A DNA stretch of 64,000 nt from a virus (Duplodnaviria > Caudoviricetes): the IMG/VR virus record IMGVR_UViG_645948442_000001, positions 1-64,000 of that record; one strand, written 5' to 3'. A program made the position numbers and the translations under genes. Below, piece after piece: positions 18,962 to 28,000 of the stretch. The notes under the pieces were generated by a model. It made no database searches. It had not been told where the DNA came from and saw nothing but the letters and a program-made list of their open reading frames with translations. Positions within the stretch are counted from its first letter, which is position 1. Each line of letters begins with the position of its first letter.

Positions 18962-19555
18962 TCAGGCCGGGGCAGCTTCAGCCGCCTCGGGCTGCTTGGC
19001 TTCTTCGGTCTCGGACACGTGCTTCACGTCCTGGCCCTTGACACGCTCACGCATCTCACGGAACAGGGCCGGCAGGGTGTCTGCTGTTTTCACCAGCTCG
19101 TCCAGGATCTCGTGGTAGTCCTGCGTGAAACGCACGGATTCCATGCCGTTGCCCAGGTCTTCGAAGACGGCGGCGATCGGTCCACCACATTGCAGCTGCA
19201 CGGGGTTGCCGGGGATCGAGGCCAGGGCGTCGGCCGCGATGCTCACGAGAGCGGCCACCAGGGTCGCATCGGTCAGCGGGGAGGTATGGAACACAGCGTC
19301 GCCGGTGCTCACCTCGGGGATGTAGGTCAGCTGACAGATGGGGGCACGGCCGATCATCGTCACGCCGGTCACCTTGCCGTCTTCACCCTTGACATCTTGA
19401 ATGACCAGGCGGTGGGTCTTGCCCAGGGTGCCCAGAGCCAGTTCGAGACTGGCTCGCACGCGGCGGATCAGCTCGTCATGAGGAACCGAATGGGCCGCAC
19501 GAGCGATGGCGGCGGAGGCGGCAGCAACGCCGAGGGATACAGGAGTCTTCTTCAT
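18962..19555 (-). CDS. Hypothetical protein
   Basis: Own AGCTATAAT promoter (19606-19614), SD AAGGA and a terminator at about 18912-18940. Confidence 0.75.
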   Translation of the reverse strand: MKKTPVSLGVAAASAAIARAAHSVPHDELIRRVRASLELALGTLGKTHRLVIQDVKGEDGKVTGVTMIGRAPICQLTYIPEVSTGDAVFHTSPLTDATLVAALVSIAADALASIPGNPVQLQCGGPIAAVFEDLGNGMESVRFTQDYHEILDELVKTADTLPALFREMRERVKGQDVKHVSETEEAKQPEAAEAAPA

Positions 19556-19658
19556 GGTTTCCTTGGTTTGAAGATGGTTGGACTACCCCTGGTAGGGTAG
19601 CCGCTATTATAGCTGGAAATAAGCTAATAGTTACTGTTCGGTGAATATTTTTACGGTG

Positions 19659-20699
19659 TCACGCCCGAGTGGCTACCAGCTGGTTCACTTTGGACCAATC
19701 AAGCTCTCCGACCAGGGCACCGCTGGCTTGATAGTTGTCCACCCGAGTCTCGAAGAAGTTGGAATCTCGCTTGCCTCCGGCGCCACCGAGAATCTCTTCG
19801 ATCCAGGGGCAGGGTATACCCTGAACCTCGAAGATCGCCTTGTGCCCCAGTTGAAGCAGACGACGATTCATCATGTACCGGACGTATGCCTTGGACTCAT
19901 CCTTGGTCATCGTCAACTGGTACTTCTTGAAAGCCAGGTCCAGGAACAGGTCTTCAGCAGCCACCACAGCACGGGCCAGGTCATACACCTGCTTCTTGTG
20001 CTCGTCCGTCATCAGCCATGGGTGCTCACCCATCACCTTGCGGTACAGCAGCGAAGAGCCTTCAACGTGGATGCCTTCGTCCCGCAGAGACCACTTGTTG
20101 ATCTTGGTCAAGCCCTTGTAGCGACCGCGATAGCCGTTGAAGCCAGGCACGTCGAAACGATTGAACTGCAGCAGGTTCGCGAAGGCGCCCATCAGGCACA
20201 CACCCTCGTTGAAGGTGGTGTGCACCAGACCCATGGCCAGACCCTCGACCATGCTGGGGTCGTATTGGGTTGCCATCAGGTCGTTGCGCTCCCGCATCTC
20301 CTGGTACTCGCGGAACCGCCCGAACATGGAGTCAGGCAGGCCGAAGGTCTCGTTCGCCATGGCATAGGCGTCCTGGTGGATCACCTCACGGGCCGCTACG
20401 CCGACCAGCCAATTGCTCACCTCGTTGTTCTTGAACGCCGGGATGAAGATAGACTTGTAGTTGTCTGCCACCACGACGTCACCCTGGGTGAACACCGTGA
20501 GGATTTCCTTGATGAAAGAACGCTCATCGTCGCTGGAGCGATTGCGCCAGTCGTTGACGTCGTCCCCCAGCTCGGCCTCCTGTTTGACCCAGTGGGCGTC
20601 CTCGTGTTTGGTCATGAGGTCATAGAACTCTTGGTACAGGAAGGGTTTGTAGGTAGAGCTGACCTGAAACAGCTTGGATTCTGAATCTGCTACGCGCAT
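19659..20699 (-). CDS. nrdB: Ribonucleotide reductase class Ia beta subunit
   Basis: YKPF.Y, FTQGDVVV, REVIHQDAY, EGVCL, WSLRDEGIH, NFFETRVDNY. Confidence 0.95.
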   Translation of the reverse strand: MRVADSESKLFQVSSTYKPFLYQEFYDLMTKHEDAHWVKQEAELGDDVNDWRNRSSDDERSFIKEILTVFTQGDVVVADNYKSIFIPAFKNNEVSNWLVGVAAREVIHQDAYAMANETFGLPDSMFGRFREYQEMRERNDLMATQYDPSMVEGLAMGLVHTTFNEGVCLMGAFANLLQFNRFDVPGFNGYRGRYKGLTKINKWSLRDEGIHVEGSSLLYRKVMGEHPWLMTDEHKKQVYDLARAVVAAEDLFLDLAFKKYQLTMTKDESKAYVRYMMNRRLLQLGHKAIFEVQGIPCPWIEEILGGAGGKRDSNFFETRVDNYQASGALVGELDWSKVNQLVATRA

Positions 20700-20741
20700 T
20701 GTTGTCCTTGGGTTGTGGGGGCCGAAGCCCCCGTTGGTTGA

Positions 20742-22877
20742 TCAGGCCTCGCAGGCGACACAGCGATCGTCCACAGCACCTTGACCATCGTGAATCTGGT
20801 CAGCTGGCTCGTACTGCGGGATCGGCTCGACAGGCTTGTTCAGATGCGCAACCAGCTCGGTGAACCCGCCCACATAGTGCCCCTTCAAGTAGATTTGAGG
20901 TACAGTGCGGACCGGACGGCCAGTCACCTCAGCAGCAGTCTTGCCCAGCTCCTGGAGATCAATGTACTCGAACTCGATCCCCTTCGCCTTCAGCAGAGCC
21001 TTGGCGTTGTTGCAGTGTGGGCAGACCTTGGTGCCGTACACGATGGTGCGTTCATCCTGAGTCAGCTTCTCGCGTTCCGTCTTGTCCGAGGGCTTCTCGA
21101 TCTTGACTTCGGACTCTGTCTTGTAGTAGTACAGAGACTTGACACCCACCTTCCAGGCCAGGATGTGGACTGCCATCACGAAGTTGATGTCCGAGCCAGG
21201 CGGGAAGAACAGGTTGAGCGACTGGGCCTGGCAGATGTACACTTGGCGTTCGCCAGCGCGCACCACCACGTCCATCATGTTCATCTCTTCCGGCACCGCA
21301 TACACGCGCTTCTGGTGTTCAGTCAAGAAGTCCAGACCCTTGACGGAGCCGGAGTCAGCCTTGATCTGGTTCCACACTTCTTCGGTGTTGCGACCTTGCG
21401 ACTCCAGCAGCTTTTCCAGATAGCGGTTGCGGACCTCGAATGTACCAGTGCGCATCTCACGAGAGTACACATTGCTGTACATGAACTCGATCGAGGCCGA
21501 GGTGTTCAGGATCACGCTGGAGTTGGCGTTGGGAGCAATGGCCAGCAGGTGCAGGTTGCGGCGGTTGACCCAGTACGGATCAGGCTCGATGCCCAGTTCC
21601 TTGCACTTCTCAAGGTAGGCCTGGATGTCAGGCGGCACCCCACGTTCAATGCCCAGGCGGCAGCTGGCGGCGTGCGAGAAGTCCTTCAGTTGACGGAAGA
21701 ATTCCAGCTCGTATTCACGGCTGTCTTCACCAGCAAACACCATGTCAGCGCGCTGCAGCATGTAGGCCAGGCCCATCACGCCCAGACCAACAGAACGCTC
21801 GCACTCGGCGGACTTCTTGACTTTCTGGACCAGCAGTCGGATCAAGTCACGATCCAGCTGATCAGCGTAGCCTTCGGCAACCTTCTCGACATTCTGTACA
21901 AAGAACTCGATGATGTTGTCCAACATCTCGATCAGATCGCTGACCATCTCCTGGTAGTACGGCTTGAAGTCCTCGTACCGCTCAGCATTGATGGAGCACA
22001 GGCAGCAAACCGGGGTACGATCCTTCGTGGCGGCCAGGGTGATCTCAGTGCAGATATTGGTGGCCTTGCAGGCCATGCCGATCAGCTTCTGGGGCAGGCT
22101 CAGGTATTCCTGAGCCCGATCGATGAAGTACATGAACGGCTCGCCGGTGCGGCTGCGGACAGTCACCATCTCACGGAAGTGCTCGCGGGGGTTCATCGAG
22201 CCGACTTGCTTGCCAGTGGGGTCGATCAGTGGCAGAGTCTCGATGCCATCCACCACGGCCTGCATGTATTCGTCAGTGACGTTGAAGCCATGGTGGATAT
22301 TCAGGGACTTGCGTTCGATGTCACCAGTCGGGACGCGGATACGCATGAATTCCATGGTGTCCGGGTGGGTGACTCCCAGGTTCGCAGACAGGGCGCCGCG
22401 ACGGATCTTGCCTTGCTTCCAGGCCAGGATGGCCGAGTCGTTCTCAGCGATGAACGGGATGGGACCAGGGGCCTTGTCGCTCACAGAACGGATGCCACCA
22501 AAATTCTGCCCCACGCCGCCGCCGAGCACAGACAACAGGCTCAGTTCAGCTTTCTGGTACAACAGACCGGGGACCGAGTCAGGCACGTCAGGCAGGAAGC
22601 AGCTGATGGGCATGGCCCGAATCTTCTCGCCGGGCAGAGTAGCATTGCTGAATGCCGGGCTTGCCCAGATGAAGTCATCCTTGGATGCATAGTCGTACAG
22701 GCGCTGCGCATGGGCGAGGTTGGATGACCAGGCAACGGCAGCGCGCGCAATGGTCTGTTGAATGGTCTCGCCGGGGCGACTGTAGTGTTGGGTGATGAGG
22801 TAATTGCTTGCTGTTCTCCCCTTGGAGGTGTCCGTGCGGGTCTCATCAATGATGATTCCCAAGTATTCTGTCGTCAT
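20742..22877 (-). CDS. nrdA: Ribonucleotide reductase class Ia alpha subunit with an inserted glutaredoxin domain
   Basis: PISCF, GGGVG, TNICTEI, VCCL, AIAPNANSS, QAQSLNLF, KSLYY; Grx CPHC/TVPQI/GG; terminal CVACEA. Confidence 0.95.
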   Translation of the reverse strand: MTTEYLGIIIDETRTDTSKGRTASNYLITQHYSRPGETIQQTIARAAVAWSSNLAHAQRLYDYASKDDFIWASPAFSNATLPGEKIRAMPISCFLPDVPDSVPGLLYQKAELSLLSVLGGGVGQNFGGIRSVSDKAPGPIPFIAENDSAILAWKQGKIRRGALSANLGVTHPDTMEFMRIRVPTGDIERKSLNIHHGFNVTDEYMQAVVDGIETLPLIDPTGKQVGSMNPREHFREMVTVRSRTGEPFMYFIDRAQEYLSLPQKLIGMACKATNICTEITLAATKDRTPVCCLCSINAERYEDFKPYYQEMVSDLIEMLDNIIEFFVQNVEKVAEGYADQLDRDLIRLLVQKVKKSAECERSVGLGVMGLAYMLQRADMVFAGEDSREYELEFFRQLKDFSHAASCRLGIERGVPPDIQAYLEKCKELGIEPDPYWVNRRNLHLLAIAPNANSSVILNTSASIEFMYSNVYSREMRTGTFEVRNRYLEKLLESQGRNTEEVWNQIKADSGSVKGLDFLTEHQKRVYAVPEEMNMMDVVVRAGERQVYICQAQSLNLFFPPGSDINFVMAVHILAWKVGVKSLYYYKTESEVKIEKPSDKTEREKLTQDERTIVYGTKVCPHCNNAKALLKAKGIEFEYIDLQELGKTAAEVTGRPVRTVPQIYLKGHYVGGFTELVAHLNKPVEPIPQYEPADQIHDGQGAVDDRCVACEA

Positions 22878-22978
22878 CTCACATCCTATAAAATGATCAG
22901 CGGCTGTTAAATAGTGATGTGAGAAGGAAAGGCCGCTGCGCCAATCCGTTTATTATAGCCTGAATTTTGGAGCCTAGA

Positions 22979-23749
22979 ATGGTTGCACCACTCCCGATTA
23001 TCCCACTGCCCACATTCACTGTGGAAGACCCCGACCTGCCAGGCGGCAGCGCACGCTTCAAGCCCTTCACCCTGGGACTTGAGTCCATCCTGCTCCAAGC
23101 CAAGGGCATGAATGACAAAGAGATCAACATCAAGGACGCCATCGAGGCCGTCCATCAGGTGATCGACGCCTGCGCAGTCGATCCCGACTTTGACTCCCGC
23201 AAACTGCCCACTTGGGTGGTGGAGTTGGTATTTACTCGCCTCCGTCAACACAGCATCGGTGAAATCATCCCACTGAACTACATCTGCAAAACGGATGTAG
23301 AAGTCAAGGAGGAAGGTTCCGAGGAAGCAACCCAGAAGCCCTGCAACACCAAGATGTCCTTCGCGCTGGACCTGCGGGAACTGAGCGTGGAGCGCGGCGA
23401 GTACACCAACAAGTTTGTTGTGCACGATGACCCGGAAGCCCCTATCGCTGTCTCGTTCAAGCACATGGGTCTGTCTGTGGCCAGCACAGAGCATCTGTCC
23501 AGCGCGCACCTGCTGGCTTCTCTGGTGGACACCATCAGTCATGGAGACGAGGTGTTCAAGGCTTCGGATTATACCCCTGAACAGCTGTTGGCCTTCACCA
23601 AGTCCATCACATCGCTGAAGAAGGAAGAGATTCACAAGAAGTACCTGGGCGGCATCCCCACCATCCGCAAGAAGATCAGCATGAAGTGCCCCAACTGCGG
23701 AACGGAACACACCCTGGAACTGGAAGGCATCAAGGATTTTTTCGGTTGA
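22979..23749 (+). CDS. gp26: Baseplate hub assembly protein gp26-like
   Basis: RFKPFT...E.ILL.A, LPTWVVELVF.RLR..SIGE, CPNCG...LEGIKDFF. Confidence 0.85.
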   Translation: MVAPLPIIPLPTFTVEDPDLPGGSARFKPFTLGLESILLQAKGMNDKEINIKDAIEAVHQVIDACAVDPDFDSRKLPTWVVELVFTRLRQHSIGEIIPLNYICKTDVEVKEEGSEEATQKPCNTKMSFALDLRELSVERGEYTNKFVVHDDPEAPIAVSFKHMGLSVASTEHLSSAHLLASLVDTISHGDEVFKASDYTPEQLLAFTKSITSLKKEEIHKKYLGGIPTIRKKISMKCPNCGTEHTLELEGIKDFFG

Positions 23750-23928
23750 TGGTCGAGAGCAATCTGCTGGAGCGCATGCAACAGACGCACGTGCTACAGC
23801 AGCGGTTCAGGTTCAACATCACTGAACTGTATGCTCTGCCACCCTGGGAATACCATGTCAGGGTGGACATGATTCTCATCGACCAACAGGAAGAAAGGGA
23901 TCGGGCCGTCGCCCGGGGGAACAAATGA
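23749..23928 (+). CDS. Small baseplate hub assembly protein (gp51-like)
   Basis: TGATG coupling to gp26; F.ITEL..LPPWE...V..I motif. Confidence 0.75.
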   Translation: MVESNLLERMQQTHVLQQRFRFNITELYALPPWEYHVRVDMILIDQQEERDRAVARGNK

Positions 23929-23962
23929 AAAGGCCGAGGGTGTGAACCCTCGGCCTTTGTTT
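23929..23962. terminator. Bidirectional terminator
   Basis: AAAGGCCGAGGG-tgtgaa-CCCTCGGCCTTT. Confidence 0.85.
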
Positions 23963-24033
23963 TACCCACTTGCTGACCAGTGGTATGGCGGGCCAAAAAT
24001 CACCAACGTAAGTTCATGATTTTATGGACCTTT

Positions 24034-25551
24034 TCAGACCAATTTTGTCGTAACTGACCTCAAACCGGAGACATTGAATACATGGGTCTCAACAGGGTGC
24101 TGCTCTTCATCATAGATAGCCAGACGTTCTGACGCATGCCGCAGGGCGTGATTGATCCAACCGGCATAGCTGAGATCATCAACCAGGTCATAGATGGTGG
24201 CCACCTCCTTGCTGTCGTGTAGACGGATGGTCCGGCCAATCGACTGGATCACCTTCACGGACGACTTGGATGGGTGAGTGAACACCAGGTTGTGCAGGTT
24301 CTTGATGGACACCCCGGTGGATACGCAACCACTGGTCGCCAACAGCACCACAGGCTTACCAGCTGCCACACCTTCCATCTCCGCCTTTATCACATCGCGA
24401 TCAGCATTCGCCACATCCCCGTCGATCACCCTGACGAGCACTGAGTCGTTGCCCTCCAGCATCTTCTTCACCAACTCCAGGTGGGTGTCAATGCGGTCGA
24501 ACAGCACCAGGGTGTTGCCCTTGGCAGACAGACAGATGTTCTTGATGATGCGGTTGCGGTACTCGTTGCTGATGATGAACTCAATTTCCTTCTGGTAGTC
24601 ACGATCCTGGGCAAGAGCAACCCGGTCCTCAGACTTGTGGTTGATCTGGATCATGATCACCCTGGTCTTGGCCGCCCGACCGCTGTCCTGAAGTTGCTTG
24701 GCGGTCACCAGCCTGCGCACAGGCCCGAAATGCTGTTGGACCTGGAGCGGATGATTGCGACCCTTCTTCAGCGTGCCGGTCAGCCCGTATCTGTTCCTGG
24801 CGTTGATGCAGTTCTTGCCGATGTACGTCAGACACTCAGCAGAGAATGTGTGACATTCATCACCAATCATCATGTCCCACTGGTGGAACCACTCTTCGGG
24901 CAAATTCTTGAGAGACTGCCATGTGGCCACAACGACAGGCTTGGATGTCCATGGGGTCGCACCCTCACAGATCATGTGGACGTTGCCCTCAGCATCCCAG
25001 CCGTTCGCGCTGCTGTAGTTCTTGAAGTCCGAGACCATCTGAGAAACCAGATTGATCGAAGGGACAATCAGCAGGATGCGCATACCAGCGTTTAGGTAGA
25101 ATCGCACCATCATGTACTGCAGCAGAGACTTGCCAGCAGCTGTGGCGGCCAGCAAGGTGATCCGGTTGTTGTTGGCGGCCAGGTGTAGTCCCTCTAGCTG
25201 GTAGTCGTACGGCTCAATGGGCTTGCCCTTGTCATGGAGCAACAGGGTCTTGGCCCATTCGTCAGTCTCCTGCTTGGGTATGGCCCTGAAGTCTTTCAGC
25301 AATTCTGGGTCGAGGTTGTAAGACCAACGGCGTTGGGTGGTGAGTTCCAACAATACATGCAGCAGCCCATACGGAAACTTGCCTGTGCGCTTGTCGAACA
25401 GCCTGATCTTCCCGTCGTATCTGCTGTACTTGTTTGGTCTGAAGTCCGGGTCCTCCAACTTGAAGTACTCGTACACATCCTCCATCACGCCGGAATCTCC
25501 AGAAACCGACAGCCAGGAGGCATTGATTATTCCAATCCCGATGTCTGGCAT
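24034..25551 (-). CDS. uvsW: UvsW SF2 RNA-DNA/DNA helicase
   Basis: YDGKIRLF, PYDYQ, ATAAGKS, TWQSL, GDECH, GLTGT, STGVSIKNLH, IQSIGRTIR. Confidence 0.95.
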   Translation of the reverse strand: MPDIGIGIINASWLSVSGDSGVMEDVYEYFKLEDPDFRPNKYSRYDGKIRLFDKRTGKFPYGLLHVLLELTTQRRWSYNLDPELLKDFRAIPKQETDEWAKTLLLHDKGKPIEPYDYQLEGLHLAANNNRITLLAATAAGKSLLQYMMVRFYLNAGMRILLIVPSINLVSQMVSDFKNYSSANGWDAEGNVHMICEGATPWTSKPVVVATWQSLKNLPEEWFHQWDMMIGDECHTFSAECLTYIGKNCINARNRYGLTGTLKKGRNHPLQVQQHFGPVRRLVTAKQLQDSGRAAKTRVIMIQINHKSEDRVALAQDRDYQKEIEFIISNEYRNRIIKNICLSAKGNTLVLFDRIDTHLELVKKMLEGNDSVLVRVIDGDVANADRDVIKAEMEGVAAGKPVVLLATSGCVSTGVSIKNLHNLVFTHPSKSSVKVIQSIGRTIRLHDSKEVATIYDLVDDLSYAGWINHALRHASERLAIYDEEQHPVETHVFNVSGLRSVTTKLV

Positions 25552-25603
25552 CCTGGGCTCCCCAAATTGATCATGGTATTGTATTTAGGAGTCACCAATT
25601 CGC

Positions 25604-26011
25604 AGCTATAATAAGTACCTGACGTGATGGGTTCAGCTGTACACTTGCTCCCCATCGACACCTATACTGGCCAAGAAATTTGGCTCCCGAGTGCTTAGAA
25701 TGCACTCACGATCCATTAGGACTCACGACCGATCGCAATCTGACGTTTAAGTGGCGGCTGCATGGTGAAACAACCAAGGACATGCAGTTTAGCTCCTGTG
25801 TTGGCGTCTCAAATCTAGACACAGGGGAGGGACAGGCTATTTCACTGCCTGTCGGGGGAGACCCCAAGTGCCCGAGTACCTGGCTGTTGAAGCCTTGCAG
25901 TGAACCTTGCTGCACCACATGATCCTGAGGACGACCCATTCACCATGAGTTGTGGATGTCTCATCACCCAGGTATGTGGAGGGAAAGTGGTGAATTGTGT
26001 CCGAAATTCAC
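25604..26011 (+). ncRNA. Candidate structured ncRNA or RNA-primed origin, copy 1
   Basis: Intergenic gap densely filled with hairpins, starting at a TATAAT/ATAAGTA composite promoter; six ordered blocks shared with 60117-60642. Confidence 0.6.
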
Positions 26012-26025
26012 AACCAGAAGGAAAC

Positions 26026-26496
26026 ATGAGCAAACTTGAAGACAACAGCACAGTCCTCGATGTCATACCAGTGACATTCGATGAGATTGAAGCCAAGGTG
26101 AACAGCGCACTGGAGTGCTCCGAGAATTTCGACTGGGAAGCCCGTCGCAACAATCGCATATTCTCCATGTTGCAGCGCCTGTACCACTTCCACACCGTCA
26201 AGCTGATGGCCCTGCAAGAGGACCGTGAGATGGTGAAGTTCAAGCGCAACCGCTACTACAACGGCAAGGCCCCGGCCGAGGAGTACAAAAAGGAGCCGCT
26301 CCGGGAGTCCATCCTGAAGTCTGACCTGGACCAGTGGATGAAAGTCGACCATTACATGGTCGCCATCAACAAGCTGGTGGCCGAGCAAGACCGCATCGTC
26401 AAGTATCTGGAGGAAGCCAAGAAGTTGGTTTCTGAGCGCGGATACCTGCTGAACACAGCCCTGAGCCACCAGAAGTTGCAGATGGGATTGAGCTGA
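26026..26496 (+). CDS. uvsY: Recombination mediator UvsY
   Basis: YYNGKAPAEEYKKEP....LKSDL....D motif; next to uvsW; SD AAGGA. Confidence 0.85.
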   Translation: MSKLEDNSTVLDVIPVTFDEIEAKVNSALECSENFDWEARRNNRIFSMLQRLYHFHTVKLMALQEDREMVKFKRNRYYNGKAPAEEYKKEPLRESILKSDLDQWMKVDHYMVAINKLVAEQDRIVKYLEEAKKLVSERGYLLNTALSHQKLQMGLS

Positions 26497-27356
26497 TGGA
26501 TCTTGAGGTACTGAAGCGCAGGAGAGTTTCGCGCAAGCACTACCCCATCCAACCAATACCCGGTTTGGTGCCGGAATCTGTCTGGGGGCCAACCACATAC
26601 GATGAGATTGGCCGTTGGTACACCACACCCACAGGCAAGAAATATAAGTCAGTCACCACATTCCTCGGACTGTTCGAGGACCCACATGCCCTTGACGACT
26701 GGCGCAAGCGAGTCGGAGAGGCAGAGGCCGAGCGCATCAGCCAGGAAGCATGTGACCGCGGTGAGATGATCCACGCAAAGATGGAAGCATACGTGCTGGA
26801 CAAACCGGGCTGGGAAGACATGCCCGTTGGCCAGTGGGGAGCCATGTTTCAGCAGATTCGCAGGCGCTGCGAGGATCATCTGGACAGGGTATGCTACACA
26901 GAACACGCATTGTGGTCCGACGAGCTGGAAATAGCTGGCCGGGTGGACATGTGCGGAGTGTGGAAGGGCGAGCTGGCGATCATCGACTTCAAGAACAAGA
27001 GCCGCTTTGTGAAGCGTGAGTACATTGAGTCGTATTTCGTGCAGACAGCCACCTATGCCCTGATGCACAAGGAGCGTTACGGTGTGCTGCCCACCAAGCT
27101 GGTGATTATCGCAGCCGTTGACGACGGGGGCTTCTACAAGGCCATGGTGTTCGAAGAGGATACAGTGGACTTCCTCGGACGCATCCGTCACATGGCGGCA
27201 ATCCACAAGGTCGAGGGCATCAACATCGACCCCAAGCACTACGAGCTCATGGAATACAAGCCCGGGCAAACCACTTCGGCGAAACCCAAGCCGACCACAA
27301 CTGCACCCAAGCAGTTGGTGACCACGACCCAGGGCCTGGGTGGATTCTTTGCCTGA
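26496..27356 (+). CDS. PD-(D/E)XK exonuclease (RecB/Cas4-like fold)
   Basis: YKSVTTFLG, WRKRVGEAEA, RGEMIH, AGRVD, IIDFK, YFVQ...YA. Confidence 0.9.
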   Translation: MDLEVLKRRRVSRKHYPIQPIPGLVPESVWGPTTYDEIGRWYTTPTGKKYKSVTTFLGLFEDPHALDDWRKRVGEAEAERISQEACDRGEMIHAKMEAYVLDKPGWEDMPVGQWGAMFQQIRRRCEDHLDRVCYTEHALWSDELEIAGRVDMCGVWKGELAIIDFKNKSRFVKREYIESYFVQTATYALMHKERYGVLPTKLVIIAAVDDGGFYKAMVFEEDTVDFLGRIRHMAAIHKVEGINIDPKHYELMEYKPGQTTSAKPKPTTTAPKQLVTTTQGLGGFFA

Positions 27357-27361
27357 AAAAC

Positions 27362-27395
27362 AAAAATCCCCTGGGCTTGCGTCCAGGGGATTTTT
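27362..27395. terminator. Bidirectional terminator
   Basis: AAAATCCCCTGG..CCAGGGGATTTT. Confidence 0.8.
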
Positions 27396-27485
27396 GCTGT
27401 GGGGTGTGACGGCCATGGTTACACTTAATCAATGCTGGCTCCTTACCCCTCACATATACTTAGCACTCAGTTTCAGGTTATAATC

Positions 27486-27983
27486 TCAGCGATCTATGCC
27501 GAACATTTCGAACAGGTCAGCATTGATACCCGATTGGAATTCCACGTCGGTACACTTGAATGACACGTTCGCATTCACATCATTCGCAGCCCCCTGCGCA
27601 TCCAGCAGGCCTGGCCCAATCATGAATGGGAAGCAATCCTTGTAGATGACCCGAGTGCCAGTGAACTGGTTCTGGTTATCCAACAGATTGATCTCGATGT
27701 CCTTGACTATCGGGACATCCTTCCCCACATTAGCCTTCAACCATAGCGAGCAGAGCAAGTAGTTGCGCCAGAGCGCGTCCACTTGGAAATTCAGGATCAG
27801 GTCATCCACGGACAGCCGTGTGCCTGGTTGATACAGTGCTATGGGCCCAGAGAATGGGATTTCGGTCACACCGTTGCTCAGATTGGGCATGGTGAAGTCC
27901 AACAGCTTGTACTCAATTTCCTTTAGGCCGCCAATAACCGCATGCCAGCGGTTGCTTTGCGCATTGCTTGGGATCAAATCCAT
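27486..27983 (-). CDS. gp3: Tail completion / tube terminator gp3-like
   Basis: PG..L..DDL..NFQVD..W.NY, LLDNQN, YKDCFP; tail-tube-fold family. Confidence 0.8.
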   Translation of the reverse strand: MDLIPSNAQSNRWHAVIGGLKEIEYKLLDFTMPNLSNGVTEIPFSGPIALYQPGTRLSVDDLILNFQVDALWRNYLLCSLWLKANVGKDVPIVKDIEINLLDNQNQFTGTRVIYKDCFPFMIGPGLLDAQGAANDVNANVSFKCTDVEFQSGINADLFEMFGIDR

Positions 27984-28000
27984 ATCAACTCCGGAGAAAC

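Noticed and set aside
23725-23749. gp26 C-terminus GIKDFFG as another clamp motif
   Set aside because: It lacks the LG(G/A) core, and a DFF ending is normal for gp26-like baseplate proteins.
25680-26025. Short ORFs and an N-terminal extension of UvsY (start 25900) in the uvsW-uvsY gap
   Set aside because: No SD, atypical composition, and no counterpart ORF in the paralogous element; ATG 26026 has the SD.
26496-27356. Cas4 with a CRISPR array
   Set aside because: No repeat-spacer array is seen anywhere in the window and the four-Cys Cas4 signature is not evident; it is an ordinary T4-like exonuclease.
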